From: Bifidobacterium breve
Lineage (GTDB): Bacteria > Cyanobacteriota > Cyanobacteriia > PCC-6307 > Cyanobiaceae
DNA: 64,000 bases
Reading direction: 5' to 3'
Assembly (NCBI GenBank): GCA_943325005.2
Contig: CALPNT020000001.1
Span: forward strand, 5,132 to 69,131
Numbering within the stretch: position 1 is the stretch's first letter; the number at the start of each line of letters is the position of its first letter. The notes beneath the pieces are model-generated. The model did not search any database. It saw nothing but the letters and a program-made list of their open reading frames with translations, and had not been told where the DNA came from. Positions 9,947 to 19,203 of the stretch are shown here, one piece after another. The translations under genes were made by a program, and so were the position numbers.

Positions 9947-11550
9947 TGCTGCCCCGTCGCCTCTGGCTCTGGATCGGCCTAGGCCTGCTGCTGTTGCTGC
10001 TGGCGGGCCTAGTGCTGCAGGCCGTCAACCAGCTGATCTGGCAACTCAGCTACTGGCTGCCGGGCTGGTTGATCGGGCCCTTGCTGCTGCTGCTGCTGAG
10101 CGTGGTGCTGCTGGCCGTGATCCAGTTCGGCTGGCCCTGGTGGCAGGCCATGGCCCGTCGGGGGCCGGGCGGTCGACCAGCCCAGACGCCCCACCAGCCC
10201 TCCGGCAGCAAGCGGGAGGCCGCCGAACGCAACCTGGCCTCGATTGATCGCACCCTCGAGCGCATCCGCGATGAGGTGGAGCGCCAGGCCCTGCAGCAGG
10301 AGCGTCAACGGATGCAGCAGGAGCTGGAGCGGGGCGATCTGGTGATCACCCTGTTCGGCAGTGGCTCCACCGGCAAAACCTCCCTGATCCGGGCCTTGCT
10401 GCGCGAGTTGGTGGGCGAGGTGGGCGCGCCGATGGGCTCCACCACCGCATCGGCCCGCTATCGCCTGCGGCTGAAGCCATTGCCCCGGGCCGTGATCCTC
10501 GAAGACACACCCGGCATCCTCGAAGCGGGCAGCGCCGGGCGGGAGCGCGAACGGCGGGCCCGCCATCTGGCCGCACGGGCCGATCTGCTGCTGCTGGTGG
10601 TGGATGGCGATCTGCGCGCAGCCGAAATGGAGGTGTTCAACGTGCTGGCCAGCCTCGGCAAACGCCTGCTGCTGGTGCTCAACAAATGCGATCTGCGCGG
10701 TGAGCAGGAGGAACAACGGCTGCTGGCCCTGCTGCGCCAGCGCTGTTCCGGCCGCATCGCTGCCGCCGATGTGATTCCGGCCAGTGCCTCCCCCCAGAGC
10801 GTGCCGCTGCCAGGCGGCAAGCCCCGCCAGCCGCAGCCAGAGCTGGAGGCGCTGCTGCGGCGCCTGGCTGCCGTGCTGCAGGCCGATGGCGAGGAGCTGA
10901 TCGCCGACAACCTGCTGTTGCAATGCCGCCAGCTGGGGGAAACCAGCCGGGCCCTGCTCGATCGCCAACGTCGCCAAGATGCCGAGTCGATTGTGGATCG
11001 CTATGTCTGGATCGGCGCCGGTGTGGTAGCGCTCACGCCCCTGCCCGGGGTCGACCTGCTGGGTGCCGCGGCGGTGAATGCCCAGATGGTGATGGAGATC
11101 GGCAAGGTGTATGGCGTCAGCCTCAGCCGCGATTCAGCCCAGGATCTGGCCCTCTCCGTGGGCCGCACCCTGGCCGGTCTCGGTCTGGTGAAGGGGGGCG
11201 TGGCCCTGATCAGCAGTGTGATCAGCCTCAGCCTGCCGGTTCTGCTGGTGAGCCGGGCGATTCAGGCGGTGAGTGCCGCCTGGCTCACCCGGGTGGCGGG
11301 CCGCAGTTTCATCGTGTTCTTCCAGCAGGATCAGGACTGGGGCGATGGCGGACTGCAGTCGGTGTTGCAGCGCGAATACGACCTCAATCGCCGGGAAGAT
11401 GTGCTGCGGAGTTTCCTCAAGACGGCCGTTAACCGGGTGGTGGAGCCCCTGCAGCGCCGTCAGGTGCGCTTGCCACCCCGTTCACCAGAACGAAGCCAAG
11501 CGCCTCCGGCGGAGGGGGACGCAACGGACCGCGACTATCGAGAACCGTGA
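9946..11550 (+). CDS. Membrane-anchored GTPase with C-terminal DUF697-like domain
   Basis: ATG overlaps the PBP stop (TGATG). Two N-terminal TMs, G1 (GSGSTGKTS), G3 (DTPG) and G4 (NKCD) motifs, and a C-terminal hydrophobic YcjF/DUF697-like region. Confidence 0.8.
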   Translation: MLPRRLWLWIGLGLLLLLLAGLVLQAVNQLIWQLSYWLPGWLIGPLLLLLLSVVLLAVIQFGWPWWQAMARRGPGGRPAQTPHQPSGSKREAAERNLASIDRTLERIRDEVERQALQQERQRMQQELERGDLVITLFGSGSTGKTSLIRALLRELVGEVGAPMGSTTASARYRLRLKPLPRAVILEDTPGILEAGSAGRERERRARHLAARADLLLLVVDGDLRAAEMEVFNVLASLGKRLLLVLNKCDLRGEQEEQRLLALLRQRCSGRIAAADVIPASASPQSVPLPGGKPRQPQPELEALLRRLAAVLQADGEELIADNLLLQCRQLGETSRALLDRQRRQDAESIVDRYVWIGAGVVALTPLPGVDLLGAAAVNAQMVMEIGKVYGVSLSRDSAQDLALSVGRTLAGLGLVKGGVALISSVISLSLPVLLVSRAIQAVSAAWLTRVAGRSFIVFFQQDQDWGDGGLQSVLQREYDLNRREDVLRSFLKTAVNRVVEPLQRRQVRLPPRSPERSQAPPAEGDATDRDYREP

Positions 11551-11695
11551 TCAGCAGCAGATAAAGCACACCGATCAGGATCGAGATGGCTCCGGTGACG
11601 ATCGCCACCCAGCGGGAGCCGCTCTTTGCCTTGCCAGCCGCTTCAGTCCGCCTGACCGGCGCCTCCATGTCCTTGTTCGTCGAGTCATCGGCCAT
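11429..11695 (-). CDS. Small single-TM protein, unknown function
   Basis: ATG at 11695, 5 nt after the decarboxylase stop. MADDSTNKD...WVAIVTGAISILIGVLYLLLITVL contains one clear TM. The 3' end overlaps the convergent GTPase gene by 122 nt. Confidence 0.4.
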   Translation of the reverse strand: MADDSTNKDMEAPVRRTEAAGKAKSGSRWVAIVTGAISILIGVLYLLLITVLDSRGPLRPPPPEALGFVLVNGVASAPDGAAGAPPPG

Positions 11696-11699
11696 TGAT

Positions 11700-13211
11700 T
11701 TAGGTGCTCCTCGGCAGGCCGGCAGCCTCGCCCACCTCTGGCAGGTTCGCCTGCACGATCTGGGCGAGGCGCTCTAGGTGGCTGGCCTGGGTGTGGGGAT
11801 TGCCCAACACCGCCTTGAGGTGATGGTGGCCTTGATACCAGGGCCTGGAAAGCATCAGGTGCTCCGCCAGCAACGCCTGGCGGGTGTGACTGGACCAGGC
11901 ATCAGCAGCCTCTTGATTGAGGCCCCGGGGCCGGAAGGCCAGCAGATGCAGGGGCCCGCCCAGCAGCTGCAGGCGTGGTTCGGCCGCCAGCAGGATTTCC
12001 AGCTGCCGGCGCCGCCTGATCGCCCCTTCCACCAGCGCCGTGATGCCGTTCAAGCCCAACTGGCGCAAGCCGAGCCAGAGCTTGAGGATTTCAGCCGGCC
12101 GGCTGCCCTGCAAGCCGGATTCGCCGCCATGACCGGCACCCCAGCTGGGTTCCATGTAGGGCAGCCCGGTGGCAAAGGCCGCCTGCAGCAGGGCCGGTTG
12201 CGCCAGCAGCAGTAGGGAGGAGGTCTTGGTGATGCCGAGCAGCTTCTGGGGATTGACCGTGATCGAATCGGCGAGCTCCAGCCCCATCAGGTGTTGGCGC
12301 TGCGAAGCAGCCAGGGCAAACACCGCCCCGATCGCTCCGTCGACATGCAACCAATGACCATGGCGGCGGCATTGGGCCGCCATGGCATCCAGAGGATCGA
12401 TCGCCCCGCGAACCGTGGTGCCGGCCGTGGCCACCACCGCCAGCACCGGGATGCCAGCGGCCGCGAGCTGATCGAGCCGCTCGCCCAGGGCCGCGGCATC
12501 CAGCCGGCCCTGGCCATCCACCGGCAGGCGCTGCAAGGCGTGGGCGGGGAGCCCCATCACGGTCATCGCCTTGTCCAAGGAGACATGGGCATCAACGCTG
12601 CACAGCACCACGGCATCAGCGCGGCAGCCGAGGCCGCGGCTGCGGCGGGCGGTGACCAGGGCCATCAGGTTGCTGAGGGAGCCACCACTGGCGGCCACCC
12701 CACCGGCCTGGTCTCCGAGGCCGAGCTGCTGGGCCAGCCAGGAGCAAAGGCTGCGTTCCAGGCGGGTGAGGCTGGGGGAGAGCTCTTCAGCCAGCAGATT
12801 GTTGTTCAGCCCGGCACAGATCAGATCGGCGGCGATCGAGGCCGCCAGGGGCGGCGGATCGAGATGGGCGAGCGCTCCCGGGTGATTGGGGTTGAAGGCT
12901 CCCTCCATCACCAGCTGCAGATCCGCCAGCAGCCGCTCCGCCGGCAGACCCTGTGCCTCCGGTTCGACGGCCGGCAACACACTCAGGGCCGGCAAGGGTG
13001 AACCCGCTTCGGCCTGGCCGAGCCACTGGCAGAGCAGGCTGGAGGCCTGATGCAGAAAGCGCTCGAGCTGGGGATCCAATCCGGCCGGATCGGCAAAGCC
13101 CTTGAGCTCAGCAAAGCCCTTGAGCTCAGCAGCGTCAGCGAGAACGGGCGATGGGGAAAGCCGTTGAACGGAGGGCGCGCTGGCCAACGGGGCTGGTCGG
13201 TGTGGGGGCAT
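11700..13211 (-). CDS. PLP-dependent group II amino-acid decarboxylase
   Basis: From ATG 13211 (503 aa): NPNHPGALAHLDPPP, SGGSLSNLMAL, DAHVSLDKA and a NPQKLLG lysine motif. The upstream part of track ORF (to 13637) is antisense to tadA. Confidence 0.8.
   Translation of the reverse strand: MPPHRPAPLASAPSVQRLSPSPVLADAAELKGFAELKGFADPAGLDPQLERFLHQASSLLCQWLGQAEAGSPLPALSVLPAVEPEAQGLPAERLLADLQLVMEGAFNPNHPGALAHLDPPPLAASIAADLICAGLNNNLLAEELSPSLTRLERSLCSWLAQQLGLGDQAGGVAASGGSLSNLMALVTARRSRGLGCRADAVVLCSVDAHVSLDKAMTVMGLPAHALQRLPVDGQGRLDAAALGERLDQLAAAGIPVLAVVATAGTTVRGAIDPLDAMAAQCRRHGHWLHVDGAIGAVFALAASQRQHLMGLELADSITVNPQKLLGITKTSSLLLLAQPALLQAAFATGLPYMEPSWGAGHGGESGLQGSRPAEILKLWLGLRQLGLNGITALVEGAIRRRRQLEILLAAEPRLQLLGGPLHLLAFRPRGLNQEAADAWSSHTRQALLAEHLMLSRPWYQGHHHLKAVLGNPHTQASHLERLAQIVQANLPEVGEAAGLPRST
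13093..13128. repeat. Perfect 2 x 18-bp tandem duplication inside the decarboxylase N-terminus
   Basis: GCAAAGCCCTTGAGCTCA occurs twice back to back. It is in frame and encodes AELKGF-AELKGF on the minus strand. Confidence 0.95.
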
Positions 13212-13250
13212 TCTGCCCCGTGCCAGGGCGCCCACGGCTACAAGGGAGCG

Positions 13251-13721
13251 ATGGAGCAGCGCCAGCGGGACGAATTCTGGATGGAGCGCCTGCTGCGCCA
13301 GGCGGAACGGGTGGGACGGCAGGGAGAGATCCCTGTGGCGGCCGTGATCCTCGATCGCAACGGCCATTGCCTGGGCTGGGGCAGCAACCGCCGCCATCGC
13401 CAGCAGGATCCGCTCGGTCATGCCGAACTGGTGGCCCTGCGCCAGGCGGCGGCGCTGCGGGGCGACTGGCGTTTCAACGATTGCAGCCTGCTGGTGACCC
13501 TCGAACCCTGCCCGATGTGCGCCGGCGCCCTGATCCAGGCCCGCGTCGGTCGGGTGGTGTTCGCGGCCAGCGATGCCAAACGCGGCGCCCTCGGCGGTTG
13601 CCTCAACCTGGCCAGCGACCCCAGCGCCCACCACCACATGGCGATCGTGGGGGGAATTCAGGCCCAGGCTGCCCAGCAGCAGCTCGGCGACTGGTTTCGC
13701 CGCCGCCGCGCTCAGCGTTGA
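13251..13721 (+). CDS. tadA: tRNA-specific adenosine deaminase
   Basis: CDA zinc motifs HAELVAL and PCPMCAGA. ATG at 13251, 40 nt from the divergent decarboxylase start. Confidence 0.88.
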   Translation: MEQRQRDEFWMERLLRQAERVGRQGEIPVAAVILDRNGHCLGWGSNRRHRQQDPLGHAELVALRQAAALRGDWRFNDCSLLVTLEPCPMCAGALIQARVGRVVFAASDAKRGALGGCLNLASDPSAHHHMAIVGGIQAQAAQQQLGDWFRRRRAQR

Positions 13722-13763
13722 AAGGCCGGTTGGCAGGACTGGCGACGGGCTGCCGCCGGTGGC

Positions 13764-14942
13764 TCAGGCGACGGAGACCATCGCCGGCGAGCTGGGGCGA
13801 AAAGCGGGCAGCTCCTCCTCCAGCAGGGTCAGCAGCCGATCGACGTTCTCCGGGGTGCTGTTGTACCCCATCAGGCCGATGCGCCAGACCTGGCCGGCCA
13901 GGGCACCCAGGCCGCCGCCGACCTCGATGCCATGGGTATCGAGCAGATGGCGGCTGAACGCCTTGCCATCCACCCCCTCGGGGATGCGCACGGTGGTGAG
14001 GGTGGGCAAACGCAGCTCGAGCGGCACGTGGAGCTGGAGGTCCAAGCGCTCCAGACCGGCCCAGAGCCGTTCGGCATTGCGGCGGTGGCGGCTCCAGGCG
14101 TTGTCCAGACCTTCTTCAGCCAGCAGCCGCAGCGCTTCGCGCATGCCGAAGTTCATGTTCACCGGGGCGGTGTGGTGATACACCCGATCGCTGCCCCAGT
14201 ACTGGTTAAGCAGGGAGACATCGAGATACCAGTTGGGCACCTTGCCGCTGCGGGCCGCCAGCTTGGCTTCGGCTCGCGGACCCATGGTGAAGGGGCCGAG
14301 GCCGGGGGGGCAGCTGAGACCCTTCTGGCTGCAGCTGTAGGCCAGATCCACCTGCCAGGTGTCGAGCAGCAGCGGCACCGCCCCCAGGGAGGTGACGGTA
14401 TCGAGCAGCAACAGGCAATCGTGCTGGCGGCAGAGCTCGCCGATGCCCTCCATCGGTTGGCAGACACCGGTGGAGGTTTCGGCATGGACCATCGCCAGGA
14501 TGGCCGGCTTGTGACTGATCAGGGCCTGTTCCAGCTCCTCGAGACTGAAGGCCTCGCCCCAGGGGCGCTCGATCGTCACCACATCGGCCCGGTAACGACC
14601 GGCCATGTCCACGAGGCGCTGGCCGAAGTAACCCATCACCGCCACCAGCACCTTGTCGCCGGGTTCGATGGTGTTGGCCAGCGTGGCCTCCATGGCGGCG
14701 CTGCCGGTGCCGCTCATCGGAATCGTGAGCCGGTTATCGGTTTGCCAGGCGTAGCGCAGCAGCTCCTGCACTTCGCCCATCAGCTCGATGTAGAGGGGAT
14801 CGAGATGGCCGATCGGCGGCCGGGCGAGGGCCTCGAGCACCTTGGGATGGGCGTTGGAGGGGCCTGGACCGAGCAGCAGACGTTCGGGAGTGGCGATCGG
14901 ATCCAGCAGGAGCCGATGGCTGGAATTGATAGGAGGCTGCAC
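13764..14942 (-). CDS. Class V aminotransferase (serine-pyruvate/alanine-glyoxylate type)
   Basis: LLLGPGPSN N-terminal motif and a SQKGL PLP-lysine motif. There is no ATG near the conserved N-terminus. GTG at 14942 is proposed, and the track ORF extends to 15056. Confidence 0.8.
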   Translation of the reverse strand: MQPPINSSHRLLLDPIATPERLLLGPGPSNAHPKVLEALARPPIGHLDPLYIELMGEVQELLRYAWQTDNRLTIPMSGTGSAAMEATLANTIEPGDKVLVAVMGYFGQRLVDMAGRYRADVVTIERPWGEAFSLEELEQALISHKPAILAMVHAETSTGVCQPMEGIGELCRQHDCLLLLDTVTSLGAVPLLLDTWQVDLAYSCSQKGLSCPPGLGPFTMGPRAEAKLAARSGKVPNWYLDVSLLNQYWGSDRVYHHTAPVNMNFGMREALRLLAEEGLDNAWSRHRRNAERLWAGLERLDLQLHVPLELRLPTLTTVRIPEGVDGKAFSRHLLDTHGIEVGGGLGALAGQVWRIGLMGYNSTPENVDRLLTLLEEELPAFRPSSPAMVSVA

Positions 14943-15100
14943 GGAAAGAACCAAGACCGGAGCGGCGGCGGAAAGATGGGGTGAGAGTAGTAAAGGATGA
15001 ACTCCCACCGCTACGACAGGGGCTGCGCAGCTGGGACGCTGGGGAGCCTCGGCCACTGCTGCAGCTGAGGGGCCCAGAGGTGGGGAGTTAAGCCTGGCCT

Positions 15101-15622
15101 TCAGCGGGCGCGGACATTGCTGGTGGCCAGACCACGGACCAGGTGCTCAAAGGGCACTCGCACCACCGCGTCGACATCGGCCACACCGGCATCGGCCAAC
15201 ATCTCGCAGACCACCACAGCGAGCAGGGAGATGCCACGCACCGTTGGACCGGTGGGCACACCCAGACTCTTGTAGGTGTCATCAAGGCCGTTGAGCACCC
15301 GTTCGTCCAGGATCGTCAGATCGTCGGCGATCAAGGCGTAACTGGCGTAGCGCAAGAAGTAATCCATGTCGCGCAGGCAAGCGGCCAGACGACGGGTGGT
15401 GTAGGCGTTGCCGCCGGGCAGGATCAGCTCCGGATCCTCCAGCCAGAGGCGCTGGGAGGCCTCACGCACAATCGTGGTGGCTTCGCGGTTGATCAGCTCC
15501 ACCGCCGCCAGGCGAATCCTGGACTGGGCGAAGAAACCATCGATGCGATCGATGGCCGCCCGATCGAAGTAGCGGCCCAGCTGGTCATAACGGCCGATCA
15601 GGCCACTGATGGCATCGCGCAT
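15101..15622 (-). CDS. apcF: Allophycocyanin beta-18 subunit
   Basis: MRDAISGLI... N-terminus, GGNAYTTRRLAACLRDMDYFLRYASYAL (bilin-binding Cys in AAC) and ILDERVLNGL..YKSLGVP. This matches the phycobiliprotein beta/ApcF pattern as I recall it. Confidence 0.8.
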   Translation of the reverse strand: MRDAISGLIGRYDQLGRYFDRAAIDRIDGFFAQSRIRLAAVELINREATTIVREASQRLWLEDPELILPGGNAYTTRRLAACLRDMDYFLRYASYALIADDLTILDERVLNGLDDTYKSLGVPTGPTVRGISLLAVVVCEMLADAGVADVDAVVRVPFEHLVRGLATSNVRAR

Positions 15623-15800
15623 GGTCGGATCAAATCGACGCACCTGGGGCGGAAGCTAGCACTTGCAAACCGGCAGAATCCTTTGCCCAGCGTGGATCTG
15701 GGCAAGTTGACAGAAACGGTTACGCAGTTGCGGCGGCCTTGGCGAAGACGTGGCGAAGCCGTGGCGCTGGGCCGCTGACACGAGCCGAACCGGTCATTCC

Positions 15801-15840
15801 GTTGCAACCGATACAAAATCGAAACGGTATCGGTCCGTAC
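15801..15840 (+). promoter_or_regulatory. Two candidate NtcA boxes upstream of glnA
   Basis: GTTGCAACCGATAC (15801-15814; GTT-N8-TAC) is followed 23 nt later by TACCTT (a TAN3T -10 candidate at 15838). GTATCGGTCCGTAC (15827-15840) is a perfect GTA-N8-TAC, 52 nt before the glnA ATG. Confidence 0.6.
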
Positions 15841-15892
15841 CTTCCAGCCTGCCGCCCTCCGAGAGCGGCCATCCCCAGTTTCTCTCCGTGCC

Positions 15893-17311
15893 ATGGCCAA
15901 ATCCGCCCAGGACGTTCTGCGTCAGATCAAGGACGAAGGCATCGAGCTGATCGACCTGAAGTTCGTCGATCTGCATGGCAAGTGGCAGCACCTCACCGTC
16001 TGCAACGACCTGATCGATGCAGCCGCCTTCAGCGAAGGCGTGGCGTTCGACGGCTCCTCGATCCGTGGCTGGAAGGCAATTAATGAGTCGGACATGGCGA
16101 TGGTGCCGGATCCCAACACCGCCTGGATCGATCCCTTTTACAGTCATAAAACCCTGAGCCTGATCTGCTCCATCCAGGAACCGCGCAGCGGCAAGCCCTA
16201 CGGCCGCTGCCCCCGGGCCCTGGCCCAGAAAGCCCTCGAGTACCTCGGAACCACCGGGCTGGCCGACACCGCTTATTTCGGCCCCGAACCTGAGTTCTTC
16301 ATTTTCGACGATGTCCGCTACAAAAGCAGCAACGGCAGCAGCTTCTACAGCGTCGACTCAATTGAAGCTGCCTGGAACACGGACCGCCAGGAGGAAGGTG
16401 GCAATCTCGCCTATAAGATCCTGCTGAAGGAAGGCTATTTCCCGGTAGCGCCCAATGACACCCTGCAGGACATCCGCAGCGAAATGTTGCTGACCATGGC
16501 CTCCCTCGGCGTGCCGGTGGAAAAGCAGCACCATGAGGTGGCCACAGCCCAGCACGAACTCGGCATCAAGTTTGCGGAACTGATCAGCGCCGCCGATAAC
16601 GTGATGATCTACAAATATGTTGTGCGCAATATCGCCAGGAAATACGGCAAAACGGCCACCTTCATGCCCAAGCCCGTGTTTGCCGACAACGGCAGCGGTA
16701 TGCACGTGCATCAGAGCCTCTGGAAAGCCGGCCAGCCCCTGTTTTTCGGCGAAGGCACCTACGCCAACCTCTCCCAGACAGCCCGTTGGTACATCGGCGG
16801 CTTGCTCAAGCATGCCCCCAGTTTCCTCGCCTTCACCAATCCCACCACCAACAGCTACAAGCGACTGGTGCCCGGCTTCGAGGCACCGGTGAACCTGGTG
16901 TATTCGCAGGGCAACCGCTCCGCCGCCGTACGCATCCCCCTCACCGGCCCCAACCCCAAAGCCAAACGGCTTGAGTTCCGTTCCGGCGATGCCCTGGCCA
17001 ACCCTTACATCGCCTTCTCGGCGATGTTGATGGCCGGCATCGACGGTATTCAGAACCAGATCGATCCGGGTGATGGCACCGATGTTGATCTGTTTGATCT
17101 TTCAGCCGAAGAGCTCGCCAGGATCTCCACGGTTCCGGCCTCTCTGAACGGCGCCCTCGAGGCGCTCGATCGCGACAAGGACTACCTGCTGGCTGGTGGG
17201 GTCTTCACCGAAGACTTCATCAACAACTGGATCGCCCTCAAATACGAGGAGGTGCAGCAACTGCGCCAGCGGCCTCACCCCCATGAGTTCGTGATGTACT
17301 ACGACGCCTGA
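15893..17311 (+). CDS. glnA: Glutamine synthetase type I
   Basis: 472 aa. [33 protein letters not shown]... shows full-length GSI-like sequence. Confidence 0.95.
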   Translation: MAKSAQDVLRQIKDEGIELIDLKFVDLHGKWQHLTVCNDLIDAAAFSEGVAFDGSSIRGWKAINESDMAMVPDPNTAWIDPFYSHKTLSLICSIQEPRSGKPYGRCPRALAQKALEYLGTTGLADTAYFGPEPEFFIFDDVRYKSSNGSSFYSVDSIEAAWNTDRQEEGGNLAYKILLKEGYFPVAPNDTLQDIRSEMLLTMASLGVPVEKQHHEVATAQHELGIKFAELISAADNVMIYKYVVRNIARKYGKTATFMPKPVFADNGSGMHVHQSLWKAGQPLFFGEGTYANLSQTARWYIGGLLKHAPSFLAFTNPTTNSYKRLVPGFEAPVNLVYSQGNRSAAVRIPLTGPNPKAKRLEFRSGDALANPYIAFSAMLMAGIDGIQNQIDPGDGTDVDLFDLSAEELARISTVPASLNGALEALDRDKDYLLAGGVFTEDFINNWIALKYEEVQQLRQRPHPHEFVMYYDA

Positions 17312-17355
17312 TGCCATTTGCTGTGCCGTTGATCCTGAGCGACGCCTAGTCGCGG

Positions 17356-17379
17356 GCCCCGGCTGACACCGGGGCTTTT
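17356..17379 (+). terminator. Intrinsic terminator after glnA
   Basis: GCCCCGG-CTGACA-CCGGGGC followed by TTTT, 45 nt after the glnA stop. Confidence 0.7.
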
Positions 17380-17459
17380 GGCTGACCTGCCGGGGATGGC
17401 CGCCCTCGGTTCGCGGTTGAACCTGTTGGAATGAGACCTCTATTCTCCGCGCCGCTTCC

Positions 17460-18518
17460 GTGCCCGAAACGCTCACCAAGCTGGCTTACCAGACGATGCA
17501 GCAGGGCAAGAGCCTGATGGGCCAGGCCCATAAGGAGGCCAGCAGCCGCCTGATGGGATTGCTGGCGCCGGACGGCAAACCGAAAACCGAACCGTTGCCG
17601 GCTGAGTTGCTCGCTCGCCTGCTCAAGGCCATGGAGCGACTCACTGAACGGGACTGGCAGGAGGCGCAGCAGGGCCTCTATCCCACCTCGCTGCTGTTCG
17701 ATGCCCCCTGGCTGGACTGGGCGGCGCGCTATCCGCTGCTGTGGCTTGATCTGCCGCTCACCTGGCGGCGGCGCCAGGAGCGCAAGGTGCGGGATCTGCC
17801 CAGTGATGTGAACCACGAGGCCTATCCGGACTACTACCTCCAGAACTTCCACCACCAGACCGACGGCTACCTCAGCGACCACTCCGCTGCGCTCTACGAC
17901 CTCGGCGTGGAGATTCTGTTCAATGGCACCGCCGATCCGATGCGACGGCGCATCCTGGGCCCGTTGCGGCGCGGTCTCGAGGTCTTTGCCCATCGCCCAG
18001 CCAGCTCGCTGCGGGTGCTGGATGTGGCCGCCGGCACCGGTCGCACCCTGCGCCAACTGCGCGGGGCTCTGCCCCAGGCCCAGCTGGTGGGGCTGGATCT
18101 TTCCAGTGCTTATCTGCGGCAGGCCAATCGCTGGCTGTCCCAGCTCAATGGCGAGCTCCCCCAGCTGGTGCAGGGCAATGGGGAGGCCATGCCCTTCGCC
18201 GATGGCTGCTTCCAGGCCGTGAGCTGCGTCTTCCTGCTGCATGAACTGCCGGCCCAGGCCCGCCAGAACGTGATCGACGAAGCCTTCCGCCTGCTCGAAC
18301 CGGGTGGGGTGCTGGTGCTGGCCGATTCGGTGCAACTGCAGGATTCACCCGAGTTCAAGGTGGCCATGGAGAACTTCCGCCGCGTCTTCCATGAGCCCTA
18401 CTACCGCGACTACCTCAGTGACTCGATCGAAACGCGGCTCAACCAGGCGGGGTTCGAGGCGATCACGGCCGAGTCTCACTTCATGACCCGGGTGTGGAGT
18501 GCCCGCAAACCGGCCTAA
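17460..18518 (+). CDS. Class I SAM-dependent methyltransferase
   Basis: SAM motif VLDVAAGTG and a later acidic-loop/post-I region. GTG start as in the track. Confidence 0.7.
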   Translation: MPETLTKLAYQTMQQGKSLMGQAHKEASSRLMGLLAPDGKPKTEPLPAELLARLLKAMERLTERDWQEAQQGLYPTSLLFDAPWLDWAARYPLLWLDLPLTWRRRQERKVRDLPSDVNHEAYPDYYLQNFHHQTDGYLSDHSAALYDLGVEILFNGTADPMRRRILGPLRRGLEVFAHRPASSLRVLDVAAGTGRTLRQLRGALPQAQLVGLDLSSAYLRQANRWLSQLNGELPQLVQGNGEAMPFADGCFQAVSCVFLLHELPAQARQNVIDEAFRLLEPGGVLVLADSVQLQDSPEFKVAMENFRRVFHEPYYRDYLSDSIETRLNQAGFEAITAESHFMTRVWSARKPA

Positions 18519-18841
18519 CGCTGCAGCAACCAGGCCAACAGCAAGCCCAGTCCCCCCCAGCGCAGCCCCTGCCAGAAGATCTCCCCGCCCCGCCGCGAGG
18601 ATCCCAGCCACTCCGGCAGGGGATCGAGCAGGCGCTGGGCCAGGGCCAGGCGCTGGTGTCGTCGCCGCATCAGCGCCCCGCAGGGCTCCGCGGCTGGCCG
18701 GCGCTGACTGAGGCTCAGCACGGCGGCCAGGTGATGCAACACCCCGGGTGGGCTGAGCGGAGAGTGCCAACGGCGATTGGCAGAGCGCGGCGAGGGGCGG
18801 AGCATGGCAAGAGCCTCAGCGGCAGACCCGAAGCAGTCCAC
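18515..18841 (-). CDS. Hypothetical small protein with C-terminal TM
   Basis: Very high third-position GC in this frame, consistent with coding. C-terminal WGGLGLLLAWLLQR. Possible internal start at MLRPSP. No family recognised. Confidence 0.35.
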   Translation of the reverse strand: MDCFGSAAEALAMLRPSPRSANRRWHSPLSPPGVLHHLAAVLSLSQRRPAAEPCGALMRRRHQRLALAQRLLDPLPEWLGSSRRGGEIFWQGLRWGGLGLLLAWLLQR

Positions 18842-18855
18842 CCATAGGCGCCAGG

Positions 18856-19203
18856 ATGGTGCGCGAACCCCGTGCGCGTCCAGTGGTGAGTCCCTTGACC
18901 GAGACCGAACCCGCCCGGAAGGCGGCTCGAGAGCAGTGGCCCGAAGGAGCCCTGGAGCTGGCCCAGAGCTTGCAGCGGCGCCTGGTGATCAACGATCGCG
19001 ATTGGCATGCGCTCAAATCCCAGCGTTGTCGCCGGGCCAGCGAACAGGTGGCAGCCGCCCTCGTGCAGCTGCTGGCCGCCGACCATCCAGCAGACCGGGC
19101 CACCAGTGCGGCCCGGCTCGAAGCGATCGCCTTGCTCGACCATGCGATCGGCTGGTTGAAAGCCGAAGTCAGCGATCCGGGCTGCCCCAGCCACGGCCGC
19201 TGA
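18856..19203 (+). CDS. Conserved hypothetical protein
   Basis: 115-aa ORF with an ATG start and a plausible helical protein sequence. No family recognised. Confidence 0.45.
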   Translation: MVREPRARPVVSPLTETEPARKAAREQWPEGALELAQSLQRRLVINDRDWHALKSQRCRRASEQVAAALVQLLAADHPADRATSAARLEAIALLDHAIGWLKAEVSDPGCPSHGR

